Shown here: piece by piece, positions 24,075 to 36,607 of the stretch
Layout: every line of letters starts with the position of its first letter
Position numbering within the stretch: position 1 is the first letter of the stretch
NCBI GenBank assembly: GCA_905178155.1
Contig: CAJINV010000024.1
Coordinates: 440,689-504,688 of the forward strand
Direction: 5' to 3'
Source: Amoebophrya sp. A120
Lineage: Eukaryota > Protista > Dinoflagellata
Length of the DNA stretch: 64,000 nt
Made by a program: the position numbers and the translations under genes
The notes under the pieces: model-generated
Told to the model about the DNA's origin: nothing
Databases searched by the model: none
Seen by the model: only the letters and a program-made list of their open reading frames with translations

Positions 24075-26847
24075 ATGAACAACATGGCGGGCTCTCTGCT
24101 GGAGATCCGCAACTTGGTCGGGAAATCCTGCACCATTACCGTGGATACGGCCAAAGTGAAGAAGGTTGCGGATTTGTGTAGCTGGAGCATCATTGAGAAG
24201 CTGTTTGATGAAGACCAGTATGAATTGCAAAAGTATCGGGCTAGTGGTAATTGGATTTACGAATAACAACTTGCTTAGCGTTACAAATGAGCTTTGTCAT
24301 GCTTCTTCACTTTAAGCAAAAATATTTGTCGTGCATGGCTGCAATTGGTACCACTACGAATACGATGCTTTTGCACAGCATAGCCAGCTTCTGCCGCCCC
24401 TGCATCGGATCAAATGGTTCGTCTGCGCCAACTACGCATTGCAAATTATATCATGTCTGGACTTGGAATACGCGTGATGAAAAAATTTGTGCTAGTGAAT
24501 ATCGTGTAGAATAAAATCTGTGTTGCGACATTCCAGACCAACTTGTCATGCTCTGTTTACATTCCAGGCCACCTTTTGTATACTTTTACTTAGTCGAAAA
24601 AATGCATGACGAATTTTGTTAGCCACTGTTCCAGAGACCCAGACATATTTTTTACCATGGATACCACCGCAACTACGACCGTTCCAGGAAGCAAAGCGAG
24701 CAAGGACTCTGCCGCAAGCGAAGTACACGCGGAACGACTGCACGGGGACCGCAACAAAGAGGAATACTCCATCGGCGAGGAAGAGCCTTCTTCTCCCCAC
24801 GACCACTCCCCGAAGAGTAACGACGCCGGTCGTGGGTCTTTCTGCCTGTCGGAACGATCCAGAAGCAGGTCACCGCGGCGGGAACAGCAGGATGAACCGC
24901 AGATGCGGGTCGCGGAGAAGGATGAGGACGTGATTTTCGGAGACGACGTCGAGAATCCGGTTTTCTACCAGTTTGCGGTGGTTGCGGAGGAATTTTCGGT
25001 GACGTGGGAGACCTACACGCCGGCCCCTTGGGAGTCGCCCGAGGCGCCGAAAAGCAAAAGACCCTGGGCCGACTTCCCGACTGTTTGGCAGGGCTTCGTC
25101 GCGTGCGTGATCGGGCAACAGGGAAAGCACGAAAGCTGGTGGAAGTTGCACGAAGTGGGATCCTTCATCTACGACCAGTATCAAATGCAAAAATTTCCGG
25201 GTCTGGGAGGATGGAACTTGTGATGCATCCTGTAGGCTACACAAAAATCTGTGCTGCGTGATCACCTACACTTTTCTTTTTTTGACCAACATGAGCGGGA
25301 GTTTCCCATGCAGGATAGGCATGGCAGAGACTTCGCAGAATCTGTCATGCTAGGTCCTGCATTCCAGACCTCATGGGGCATGGAAAATATGCATGACAAG
25401 TCCGCAATCTTCCAGACCCAGACACTTTTGCATTTGATAACCAAACCTGGCTTGCGATGATCGACGATGGATCGGAGGCGAAAGAGATTCTAGCCAACTG
25501 CCACTTTCCGATCGGACCCTTCCCCCCGCTGGCGGAGGTGTTCGGGGACCTTCGTTGGAACAACATTAACATGTTACTTCCGCCTAAACTCTGCTTCGAG
25601 TTGCTAGACCTGCCCCTTACCGAGTGGCGCAAGCACGCGCGGGCGTCTGGTGGAAAGGCATTTACGGACGATCACAGGATGGAGCTGGCAACGCGAGTGG
25701 TGCACTACAGGTTCACACGTAAAGCGAGCGAGCACATCCATCATCATAGTCAACGTGAGAACTCCGAGACCGCGGGCACGCATGCGAAACTGTTCCGCCG
25801 GGCGTTGGAGATAGCATCGCCCGGCCTGGCATCCGTCGTAGGAATGCTGGAACCGTTACAATCCGGCAGACGCCTCCTGGAAGGACAAGAGGAGACGCCT
25901 CTTTGCATTCCGGCAGGCATGCAGGAATGCGTCAGCGCTTTGCTGGCATTCTTCGGCACGCGCGGGGAAGCGCGACACTTCTGTGACGAGTTGGTCGAGA
26001 GCGTGTTTGGGGTCGCTGCCGTAGCTGACCGGTGGCGCAAACAAGCCGCCCAAGGACTGCAGCAGCAAGTTCTAGCCGCTGCGAGGACGAGCAACGAACT
26101 GTTTCACCTGTTGCGCGAACAAGTGGAGCTCTTTCTTCTCCCGCTCGGAAACTACCAGGGCCACAGCGGCTAAGCAGTGCAAATGCGGCTCGGCTGGGAA
26201 GGTTGAGATTTGATGGCAGAAATGAGTATGAAATCGGTACAGAAATAAACGCGAAATCAGTAGCGCATGAGCACAAGAAGATTATAAATACCTGTTTCTT
26301 GTGTATGCAACAACTCGGCACCCGGTCTTCAGGTGCAATACGCACCACAAAGCGCTTCAATACTTTTCTTGCATGGCAACGTATGGCAGGGGCCGTAAGC
26401 CCACCAAAAAATACTCGCACTAGAATATAACTACAACTTTCATCCAAAGAACCTCTGTCCGTATTTGCAATGCATACTAGCAGGACAAGAGTTAACCAAG
26501 CACTGAAGTGGCTGCAGATGCTGAAGGAGGAGTCCGACAAGATGCAGATTGACCACGGACTGGACGGGGCCATCAAAGATCTCGAACGGCTTTATTCTCG
26601 TCTGGATTTTTCAGAAGCAGGTGGCTCGTTGCGGGACAACGTTTCCGGCCTGCAAGTTTTCCAGGATCTCGGGCTCGCAACCCACTTCCGCGACGCGATG
26701 CAGGAGTCTAGGTTCCTGGGTTTCACCGAGGAACGCCCCTTCTTGGTCAATAACCAGATGCTACTTCCGTTTACCTGGAACAAGATGGTGGGCTCGCTGC
26801 GCGATGTGGTCGACGTGAAAGACGGTCATGTGACAGGCATCTGGTGA
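24075..26847 (+). CDS. Family 1 gene copy B, 5 exons; possible N-terminal ubiquitin-like domain
   Basis: Open frame after removing 24219-24382 (ACCAG/GCCAG), 24433-24663 (CCAAC/CCACC), 25179-25439 (ACCAG/ACCAA), 26171-26476 (GCGGC/CTAGC). Confidence 0.85.
25179..25439. mobile_element. TIR introner, family A, present only in copy B
   Basis: Empty site in copy C reads TACGACCAGACCTGG. Confidence 0.95.
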
Positions 26848-27883
26848 CCAAGAATCCTGCTAGCGAGACAAGACGGTCGATATTGATCATAGGGACGTTT
26901 TCTGTTTCAGCCGCTGATTCCTCTTGCGCCGCATGGTGCTGTTTTTGAAACAGACGGCTGTGCCGCTGCGGCTAATGATCTAGAGCTGCTTGTGGTCAAC
27001 AGGACTTTAGCCGTTGGATAGGTCGAGTTTGATGTTGCTTGCCTTGGATGTGATGTTCTGCACATCGCTGTTTGGTTTTACGCAAAAAATCTCGGTTTTG
27101 TTTTCTTCGTGTGCTTCACTTTAAGTTCAATCAAGTGAGAGACTTCATCTTCAAATCGCTTTCGTCACAAACCGGTCGCACTCGTCTTTGCAAATCGCAG
27201 CCAATTTCAAGTGGTTTACAGCTTATTTGATATGTGGTTTTACAAATCGACACGAATTGCAAATGGTAATAGAGCTGCATTAAGTATTCCTCATGTTTTT
27301 CTCATTGTGTGATGCTGATGTGAGAGTCGAGCTTCACTTGTTTCGTCAAAATTCGTATATACTCGTTTTCCGCGAGTGGTTAAAACGGCCTTTATATCTC
27401 AAATCGCTTCTGTCGTGTTTTTTCTATGCCGAGTGATGAAATTGAAAAATCGAGAAAGGACTACTGCAGGTTTATTTGTGCGAAATTGTTTGGCACTGCC
27501 ACTGCCTAGAACCTGAACGAAACAGCCTACCAGGTCACCACCCTTGTAGACGCGGATAGTTTGTTGGATTGAATTGCCACACAGTGTTTTTAGCCTCTCT
27601 TTTCCTCAAAGGGCACGGTAAACAAAAGAAAGCGCATTGCTAATAGAATTTATTTAAGGATCGCATCTCTCTAAAAGTGGCCCGAAATTATTTGCAGCCC
27701 CCAAAGCTGACCTCACAACTTTTTCTAAGTGCCTGCTTTCTCAATTGTTGCCTACCCCCGCCGCTAGTCCAACAAGTCGAGTCCTCCGCATTCGACGAGA
27801 AGCCTGTACTGCTGCCACAGCATCGACTGAGCAACCCCCAGAGGACTGAGCCGCAGCATCAGCTGTACTCTTCCCGCCGCAAG

Positions 27884-30657
27884 ATGAACAACATGGCGAG
27901 CAGCTCTCCGCTGGAGATCCGCAACTTAAGCGGGAAATCCTGCACCATTACCGTGGATACGGCCAAGGTGAAGAAGGTTGCGGATTTGTGTAGCTGGAGC
28001 GTCATTGAGAAGCTGTTTGACGAAGACCAGTATGAATTGCAACAGTATCGGGCTAGTAGTACTTGAATTTACGAATAACGACTTGCTCAGCATTACAAAT
28101 GAGTTTTGTCATGCTATTGCAAAGGAAAGATATTATTCCACATGCATGGCTGCAATTGGTACCACTACGAATACGATACTTTTGCAAAGCATAGCCAGCT
28201 TCTGCCGCCCCTGCATCGAATCAAATGGTTCGTCTGCGCCAACTATGGATTGCAAATTATATGTCTGGATTGAGAATACGCGTGATGAAAAAATTTGTGG
28301 TAGTGAGTATCGTGTAGACAAAAACTTGTCTTGCATTCCAGACCAACTTGTCATGCTCTTTTTATATTTTTCCAGGCCACCTTTTGTTACTTAGCCGAAA
28401 AAATGCATGACAAATTTTTTTAGCCACTGTTCCGGAGACCCAGACATATTTTTTACCATGGATACCACCGCAACTACGACCGTTCCAGGAAGCAAAGCGA
28501 GCAAGGACTCTGCCGCAAGCGAAGGCGACGCGGAACGACCGCACGGGGACCGTAAGAAGGAGGAATACTGTATCGGCGAGGAAGAGCCTTTTCCTGACTT
28601 TGATCATTACTCCCCAAACAGTCACGACGCCGGTCGTGGGTCTTCCGGTATCTAATGTAAAAATGTCTGGGTCATCTGGAAGATTGCAACTCGTCATGCT
28701 AACTCTGCAGCATGCAAAAATCTGTGTTACATGATTACCAAAAGTGATCCAGTTTTGACCAAGTCGGGAGGGAGTTTCTCATGCAGGATAGGCATGAGAA
28801 AGGTCTCGCAGAAACAGAATCTGTCATGCTAGGTCCTGCATTCCAAACCTCATGGGTCATGGAAAAGCAGCATGACAAGTCGCGCATTCTTCGAGACCCA
28901 GACTACATTCTTGCATTTGATATCCTGTCTGTCGGAACGATCCAGAAGCAGATCACCGCGGCGGGAGCAGCAGGATGAACCGCAGCTGCGGGTCGCGGAG
29001 AAGGATGAGGACGTGATCTTCGGTGACGACGAGAATCCGATTTTCTACCAGTTTGCGGTGGTTCCGGAGGAATTTTCGCACACCTGGGAGAGCTGGGCGA
29101 CGGATTGGTATTGGCGGTGGCCGGAGAGGGCGAAATCCAAAAGGCCGTGGGCCGACTTCCGGAGTTCCTGGCAGTTATTTGTCGAGCTCGTGATCATCGG
29201 CCATGAGGACTACCGCGAAAGCTGGTGGAAGTTGCACGAACTGCGATCCTTTATCTACGACCAGACCTGGCTTGCGATGATCGATGATGGACCAGAGGCG
29301 GAGCAGATTCTAGCCAACTGCCTCTTTCCGGTCGGAACCTTCCCCCCGCGGGCGCATGTGTTCGGGGACACTCAACAGCTCTTCATGGGCCTTCCGCCTA
29401 AACTCTGCTTCGAGTTGCTCGACCTGCCCCTTAGCGAGTGGCGCAAGCACGCGCGGGCGTCTGGTGGAAAGGCGTTTACGGACGAACACCGGCTGGAGCT
29501 GGCGACACGGGCGGTGCAGTACAGATTCACGCGGGATGCGGACTGGTTCATCGATAGTACTCCTGCGACGAGCATGTCGTGTACTCTCTGCACGAAAATG
29601 TTTCGACGGGCGTTGCAGATAGCTCCACCCAGCCCGGCATCCGTCGTAGGAATGCTGGAGGAATTCCAATCCGGCAGCAGGCGCCTCGTGAGCTTTCCAC
29701 GACTCGAGACACCACCAGGCATGTCGGAATGCGTCAGCTCTTTGCTGTCATTGTTCGGCACGCGCGGGGAGGTGCGACACTTCTGTGACCAGGTGGTCGA
29801 GAGCGTGTGCGGGGTCGCTGCCATAGCTGACCGGTGGCGCAAACAAGCCGCCCAAAGACTGCAGCAGCGAGTTCTAGGCGCTCCGCGCAGCAGGTGTCCA
29901 AGTTTCCACCTGTTTGACCGGTTGCGCGAACAAGTGGAGCTCTTTCTTCTCCCCTCCGGAACGTGGAGGTACCACAGCGGCTAAGCAGAGCAAATGCGGC
30001 TGGGCTGGGAAGGTTGAAATTTGATGTCAGAACTGAGTTGGAAATCAGTACAGATATAAGTGCAAAATTATCAGTAGCGCATGAGTACAAAAAGATTTGA
30101 ATTCCTGCTTCTTGTTGTGGATGCAACAACTCGACACCCGGTCATCATGTGGAATACGCAACACAAAGCGCTCCAATACTTTTCCTGCATGGCAACGTAT
30201 GGCAGGGGGCGTAAGCCCACCAAGAAATCCTCGCACTAGAATATAACTACAACCTTCATCCAAAGAACCTCTGTCCGTATTTGCAATGCATAGCAGCAGG
30301 ACACGAGTCAACCAATCACTGAAGTGGCTGCAGATGCTGAAGAACGAATGCAACAAGATGCACATCGATCACGGGCTGGACGAGGCCATCAAAGATCTCG
30401 ACCGGCTTTGTTCTCGTCTGGATTTTTCTGAAGCAGGTGGCTCGTTGCGGCACAACACTAGCGGCCTGCAAGTTTTCGAGGACCTCGGGCTCGCAACCCA
30501 GTTCCGCGACGCGATGAAAGAGTCGGGAGTCAAGACTTACACCGAGGAACATCCTCTCTCGGGCAACAAGCAGAAACGAATTCCGTTCACCTGGGACAAC
30601 GTCTTGGGCTCGCTGCGCGGTGTGGCGGACGTGCCAAATATGAAAGGCTTCTGGTGA
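27884..30657 (+). CDS. Family 1 gene copy C, 5 exons
   Basis: Open frame after removing 28031-28193, 28244-28464, 28649-28922 (TCCGG/TCCTG), 29982-30292 (GCGGC/GCAGC). Confidence 0.85.
28649..28922. mobile_element. TIR introner, family A, present only in copy C
   Basis: Empty site in copy B reads GGGTCTTTCTGCCTGTCGG. Confidence 0.95.
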
Positions 30658-31538
30658 GCAAAAGTCAAATGCTGCTAGCGAGACAAGCTGGTAGATATGA
30701 TAAGGAAGCTTTTTGTTTCAGCTTATAACCCGTCTTGCGGCGCATGAGGCTGTTTTTGACACAGACGGCCGTGCCGCTGCGGCTAATGATCTAGAGCTGC
30801 TGGTGGTCAACAGGACGAGTTTAGCCGTTGGATAGGTCGAGTTTGATGTTGCTTGCCTCGGATTTGATGTTCTGCACATCGCTGTCTGGGTTGACTCAAA
30901 AAGTATCGGTTTTATTTTCTTCGTGTGCTTCACTTTAAGTTTAATCAAGTGAGAGACTTCATCTGCAAATCGCTTTCGTCACAAACCGGTCGCACTCGTC
31001 TTTGCAAATCGCAGCCAATAACTTCAACTGAATTCCAGCCTATCTGATTATAAAATGTTACAAATCGACACAAATTGCAAATGGTGTATCAAGTATTTCT
31101 CATGTTTTTCTAACTGTGTGACGTTGATGTGAGAGTCGAGCTTCATTTGTTTCGTCAAAATTCGTATATATTCGTTTTCCACGAGTGGTCAAAACGGCCT
31201 TTATACCTCAAATCGCTTCTGGTTCTGTCGTGTTTTTTCTATGCCGAATGATGAAGTTTACCAATCAAGAAAGGACTACTGCAGGTTTTTTTGCGCGAAT
31301 TTGTTTGCCACTGCCTAGAACTTGAAACAGCCACCCAGGTCACCACCCTCTTATACACGGATAGTCTGCTAGATTGAGTTCATCTCTTTTCCTCAAAGAA
31401 TACGGCAAAAAGGAACTGCATTGCTTTGAAAATATTTTGTTAAGCGATCGCATCATCTTCCTAAAGTAACTTTCGCTACCTTTTTATTTTCCTCTCTTGC
31501 TACAGGCTTTGTAATCTCGAATCGAACCGCAACCGATT

Positions 31539-34500
31539 ATGTCGTTGTTTTCGGACTGCCTTTATCCACTGCAAAAATGTCTGGGTCTGGAAGATTGGAG
31601 CTTGTGATACTGTCTGCGGATTCAGATTCTACAAATATCTGTGTTGGATGAACAGCAAGAAGAGACCAGTTCTTGGCACGCGGAAGTGCGTTTCTCATGC
31701 GTGATCAGCATCAAGAAGCTCTCAAAAAAGCTGTGATGCTAGGAGCTGCGTCACTGATCTCATGGGTTATGCAAAATGTGCATGACAAACCCCGTCTCTT
31801 CCAGACCCAGACATATTTGCATTTGATAGCCTTAAGGCGCTCCAGCGCGGGAATGAGGAGGACCTGCTGGTCGAGGAGATTGGCGAACAGGAAAACACCG
31901 GTAAAAAGAAGTATGGGAGTGTCAGAGCCGAAAGCGACAAAATCGAAACACTTGCGACGCACAAAATCGACGCCAGTGAAGCCCAGAGCTTCTCTTGCAG
32001 TCGGCGCATGACAAATTTTCCCCGGCCTGGAAGCGAATCTGTCATGCAGTTTAGGGCAATAGAGCCAGCTGCTCTCTGTCATGTTAGTCAGCAGCCCAAC
32101 ACTTACCCCTTACCAGGACTACAATCCGCCCTGCTTGCATCCCCTGCACCAGAGTCGCTTTTTGCGTGGCATTTTGTGCATTACAGATTATTTCGATTTT
32201 GTCGATTTCGATCCTGACATTCCCATAAGAAGGGAACGGAATATCCCAATGGGGGATCCAGCAAGGACACGTGCGTCCCCTTCTCGCTTATCCAGTGCAA
32301 ATATGTATGGGTCTGGAGCAATACAAGACATGCAAAATAAATGCTGGCGCTGGACCCACATACGACCCCCAAACCTTGTAATGCGTGTTGTGGAATATTT
32401 TCAAGTAGCAATGTTTCTGTGTCATGTTGCAAAAACGCAGTCTCTCATGCGTGTAAAAACCACAGAACCATCTAAAAACCTGTCATGCTTCTTGGCTGCG
32501 TAAGTACTACCCGTAGTCATTTTGTCATAATGATGCATGTATTGGCATGATAAGTTAAAGTTGCCAGAACCAGACATATTTGCCTCGGATATCGTCGTTA
32601 GACGACGAGGAGGATCAACTGCGCTTGATCAAGCAGCCGGCGAACACGGACTTTCCACAGGGGTGGGGACCGGTGGTGTACCTTGTGTAAAAACGTCCCC
32701 ACCTCCTCCTGACAGTGAACTTTTTGACACGAGAAGCCCAAAAGTTCTGGGAGTCACGCATGACAAGCTCCTCCGTTGTTCAGCGGTTTAGTGTAGCAGG
32801 TACTAGCCGTGGAGTTTTAATACCAAAGCATCTGTATTGAGTAATATTCTGTGTACACCAGCATAATATATTACATGTGCCACAAAACGACTAGAAACGC
32901 CTCCCATCGGCATGCGCATAATTACAAGTGTTTCCGTACTAGAAGCAACTCTGCATCATGACCGTGCGGGGGAGGAGGTGGGGGCGTGTTTACGCAGGAT
33001 ACGGCGCTGTCCAATTTTTGCTTTCAGCTGATCAAACATGTGGTCTCCGACGGAGCGGCTATCCCATGCAAATATGTCTGGGGCCTGGAGGAAGCAGGAA
33101 CGTGCCATGCGGTTTTTTGCATCTTCAGATAAAATTGTTTTGCATGCTTTTTGCACGCAGAGCATGACAGATCACCTCTACTCCAGGCGACGAGATCCTT
33201 TGTGACCTTGGGATACAAAATGAATCGGGCGTCTTTAATATTAGCTGATTTTTACGCAACACAGATTTTTGCCTATCCCAGAATTATCCGCATTGCAGCT
33301 GTGCATCCTTCCAGGCGTCCAGGGATATTTGCAATGCATAACCGCGTTTAATACAATCCCGTGTCTATCGCAAGAAAAAACTGATTCACTGTGAACTTGT
33401 GATGCAGAAAATGGAACACAGAACTCTTTGGCTTGCTACACCTGCAAGGCATGGGATTTTCAAGCGTGCTTTCCCTTGGGAAGCGCGCATGACAAATTTT
33501 CAGTGTCATGTGTAGCAAACTTGTGATGCAGATCCTGCAAAGTCATTACAGTGAAACAGTTTTTTCCTACGATAGTGTCAAGTGCTGCTGCAGTACGAGC
33601 CCATCGGCAATGGCCACGAAATATCAAATGCAAAAATGTCTGGGTCTGGGAGATTCTGAAACTTGTCATGCACGTTTTACATAGGCCATGATGTCTGTGG
33701 TGCTTGCCGTAGCATCACAGATTTTTCGAGGGGTTCTTGATGCCTATTTTGCATGACAAATACCGTATCCGCGTAGGAAAAATTACACTCACTTTGCTGC
33801 TCATGCAATACAATTTTTTTTGGAATCCACATGCAGCATCACAAGTTGCATTCTTCCAGACCCAGACATTTTTGCATTTGATACGACGCCCCCTGCCTCA
33901 ACTACGTCGCGTCTCGTATCATTTGTAAAAACGTCCCCCCTCCAGAGTTGTCATGCAGATTTGCAATGACAGCAGCATTTGTAATGCGCATCGACAGGAG
34001 AGGCATTTGCATTTCTCGTCATGATGTTTTCGCATTTGTAATGCTGTAAACAGGATCATAACCAGATGGATTTCTGATGCTGCTGGCCTTGCCAACCTTC
34101 ACTACTCTACGGACTGCAAGTTGTGATGCGTATCCCTGAAAAGTTTGTTCTAGGTATGTGCTGCAAGGTCCCCATCTTGACTCGGGGGAGGGGATGTGTT
34201 TACTCAGGATATGCCCGGACCTGCCGTACGCGACCGACGAATGGATCTCCACCGCGTGGCTGCTGCTGCCTATCCTCTGCAAACACGTCGAGGGCTGGAA
34301 GAGAAGGAGCGCAGCAAGATTTGTCATGCATATAGTCGCAGAGGACGTCGACGCGCATACTCTGGTGGAAATCACACAGTGACAGCGCAAGTCTTTCGGC
34401 ACTTCCTCCTGCCTATCCCGCACGGGAAACCCGGTTGGTATCAAATGTAAAAATGTCTGGGTCAGGAAGAATCCAACTTGTCATGCTGATTTTCGATGCT

Positions 34501-36607
34501 AAAAAAATCTGTATTGCATGAGCAGCAAAGAGAGTCCAAATTTTACTACACGGAAAGAGCATTTGTCATGCGGAATAGCCATCAGGAAGCCCTCACGAAA
34601 TCTGTGATGCTAGGGCATGCATCACAGACATCAGGAGTCATGCAAAATGTGCATGACAAACCTGGCAATCTTCCAGACCCAGACATTTTTACAGTTGATA
34701 GTTGGTGGACACGGCCCACGCGTGCCCACCGCCGACGAAGGCCCGGGAGGACACCGTGAGGACGATCAGGTAGAGAGTACTAATCAATGGCTCAACACGC
34801 ATGAAGTTAGTAACTAGGGAGCAAGTAGATGATGAACAAGTGCTGTCAGCTCTTGGTGTCGTGCATGCAACGGCACAACTTTTTTTGTGATCGGCACTTG
34901 GCCAGACAAGCTGCATCCTTCCCGACATCCAGAGTCGTGGACGATATTTGCAATGCATACTAGTGAAAACGCTCATCGCGGAGCTCGCGAAGCTGGATCC
35001 CAATATCAACCGCAAATATGTAGTCTGGGCCTGGAAAGTAGAATGTGGGATACTAAACAGCGAATGAGTCAGATGCATGGACTACTCATACTCTTGAGTG
35101 CAACTTATCATGACATCAAGTCTTTTGGACGTTCTTTCACACGTAGCGCACACCAGAAACTGTGACTGTTTTACATGACAAAGAGATGAGGAATGATTGA
35201 TTTGTCCGGCATGAAAACCAGATCCTACAGGAACTTCTATTTCATCGTTATTAAGTACAACATTTTTACGCTCCACTACTTTACTTATAATTTCCCGAGC
35301 ACCCAGACACGAGTGCAATGCATACCGGAAAACGAGGCGAAGTTGCGTGGTATGAATTGCAAATATGTTTCTTTGGGTCTGGAAGATGATTTCATAACTT
35401 GTCATGCAGGTTTCCACGAGGTCTGGATCTGGAATGTAGGACCACCCAGCATGACAGATTTTGCGGGAGTTCGATCATGCCTCTCCTGTGTGAAAAACTC
35501 CCTCTCCTCTTTGTCAAAGGTCAACAACTTGTGGTAATGATGGATTTTTGCACAATCCAGACTGAGCATGACAGACTTTGCACTTTTCCAGACCCAGACA
35601 TGATCATATTTGCAATGGCATATTAGGCCTCCGGGGTGCGTTCGACGAGTGGATTGGGCAGGTCGATTCCTTTATCCCACAGAAAAGCGAACAACCCATC
35701 GCAGAAAAAGAAATTGAATTTGTAATGCTGTCTTCGTCGCACAAAAAACTTTGCTTTGGTCGCTCAGCATGACAAACTTTTTCAGTAGCACCTTCCTAGG
35801 CACTAGAATAACATTGCAAACTGCGTGAAGCATGACAGAAGATGGCTCTCATCTCAATCGGTTTCCACGGTACAACAGACTCTGTTGTTCTATGAAAACC
35901 GCTATCAAATGCAAATATGTTGTCTGGGTCTGGAACAAAGCAACTTGTTGTGCTAAATCTGAATCATGTAAAGAATCTGTGTTGCATGGTTACCAAACGC
36001 TGTCCACTTTTGAATCGAGAGGCAGTTGCTCACGCAGGATAAGCATGATAGAACTCCAACTCCCACAGAATCTGTCATGCTATGTCCTACATACCAGACC
36101 TCGGGGGTCATGGAAAACCTGCATGACAGGTCTGGCACGCTTCCAGACCCAGACATATTTGCAATGCATAAACGCAACACGAGGACCACAGAATTATTTG
36201 CTTCTGGTATGTTTGTGCTTTTTTGTAGAATAACGGCGTACGGTGGGCGCAAGCAGCTGCAGACCCTGCTGGAAAAAACCATCTATCCACTGCAAATATG
36301 TTGTACTCTCGGTCTGGGAGAGTTCTTGCACCTTGTGATGTAAATTCTGAACCGCACGCTCAAAAATTTGTGTTGCATGAGCGCCACAAGCTGCGCATTT
36401 GTTGCTACGCAAGTACGGATTTTCATCTCATGCGGGATGGGCATCAAGCCGCACGCGCAAAACCTGTGATGCTATAAATGCTTTTGCGCGTACTAGAAAC
36501 CATTTATGTGATCCAAAATATACATGACGAACAAGTGCATTGTACCAGAGGACCCAAACGTATTTGCACTCGATACCAAGTCGGCGGTGAAGCGCTCCAA
36601 CCCCTAA
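31539..36607 (+). CDS. Multi-exon gene, family 2 (unknown function)
   Basis: MSLFSDCL|KALQRGNEEDLL...FPQGWGPVVLSNFCFQLIKHVVSDG...YATDEWIST...KQLQTLLEKTI|SAVKRSNP*. Inserts 31563-31828, 31912-32227, 32289-32591, 32679-33001, 33060-33340, 33366-33574, 33622-33883, 33917-34211, 34439-34700, 35004-35324, 35351-35622, ~35673-35872, 35903-36170, 36284-36575. Frame across 34270-34960 unresolved. Confidence 0.65.
31563..31828. mobile_element. TIR introner, family A
   Basis: DR GCCTT/GCCTT. Confidence 0.92.
31912..32227. mobile_element. TIR introner, family F
   Basis: TATGGGAGTGTCAG..CGACAAAATCGAAA ... TTTCGATTTTGTCG..CTGACATTCCCATA; DR AGAAG/AGAAG. Confidence 0.9.
33366..33574. mobile_element. TIR introner, distinct TIR type
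   Basis: TATCGCAAGAAAAAACTGATTCACTGT ... ACAGTGAAACAGTTTTTTCCTACGATA; DR GTGTC/GTGTC. Confidence 0.9.
33622..33883. mobile_element. TIR introner, family A
   Basis: 28-bp perfect TIR; DR CGAAA/CGACG. Confidence 0.88.
34439..34700. mobile_element. TIR introner, family A
   Basis: DR GTTGG/GTTGG. Confidence 0.92.

Larger units (their letters stand above)
22476..31460 (+). repeat. Tandem segmental duplication, ~3.7-3.8 kb period, ~2.4 units
   Basis: Last exon and downstream spacer present three times (~22730, ~26480, ~30300); 5' exons present twice (24075, 27884). Confidence 0.95.

Noticed and set aside
18763-26200. Satellite length (~3.7 kb) matching the duplication period
   Set aside because: Single observation and array lengths are unreliable in assemblies; probably coincidence.
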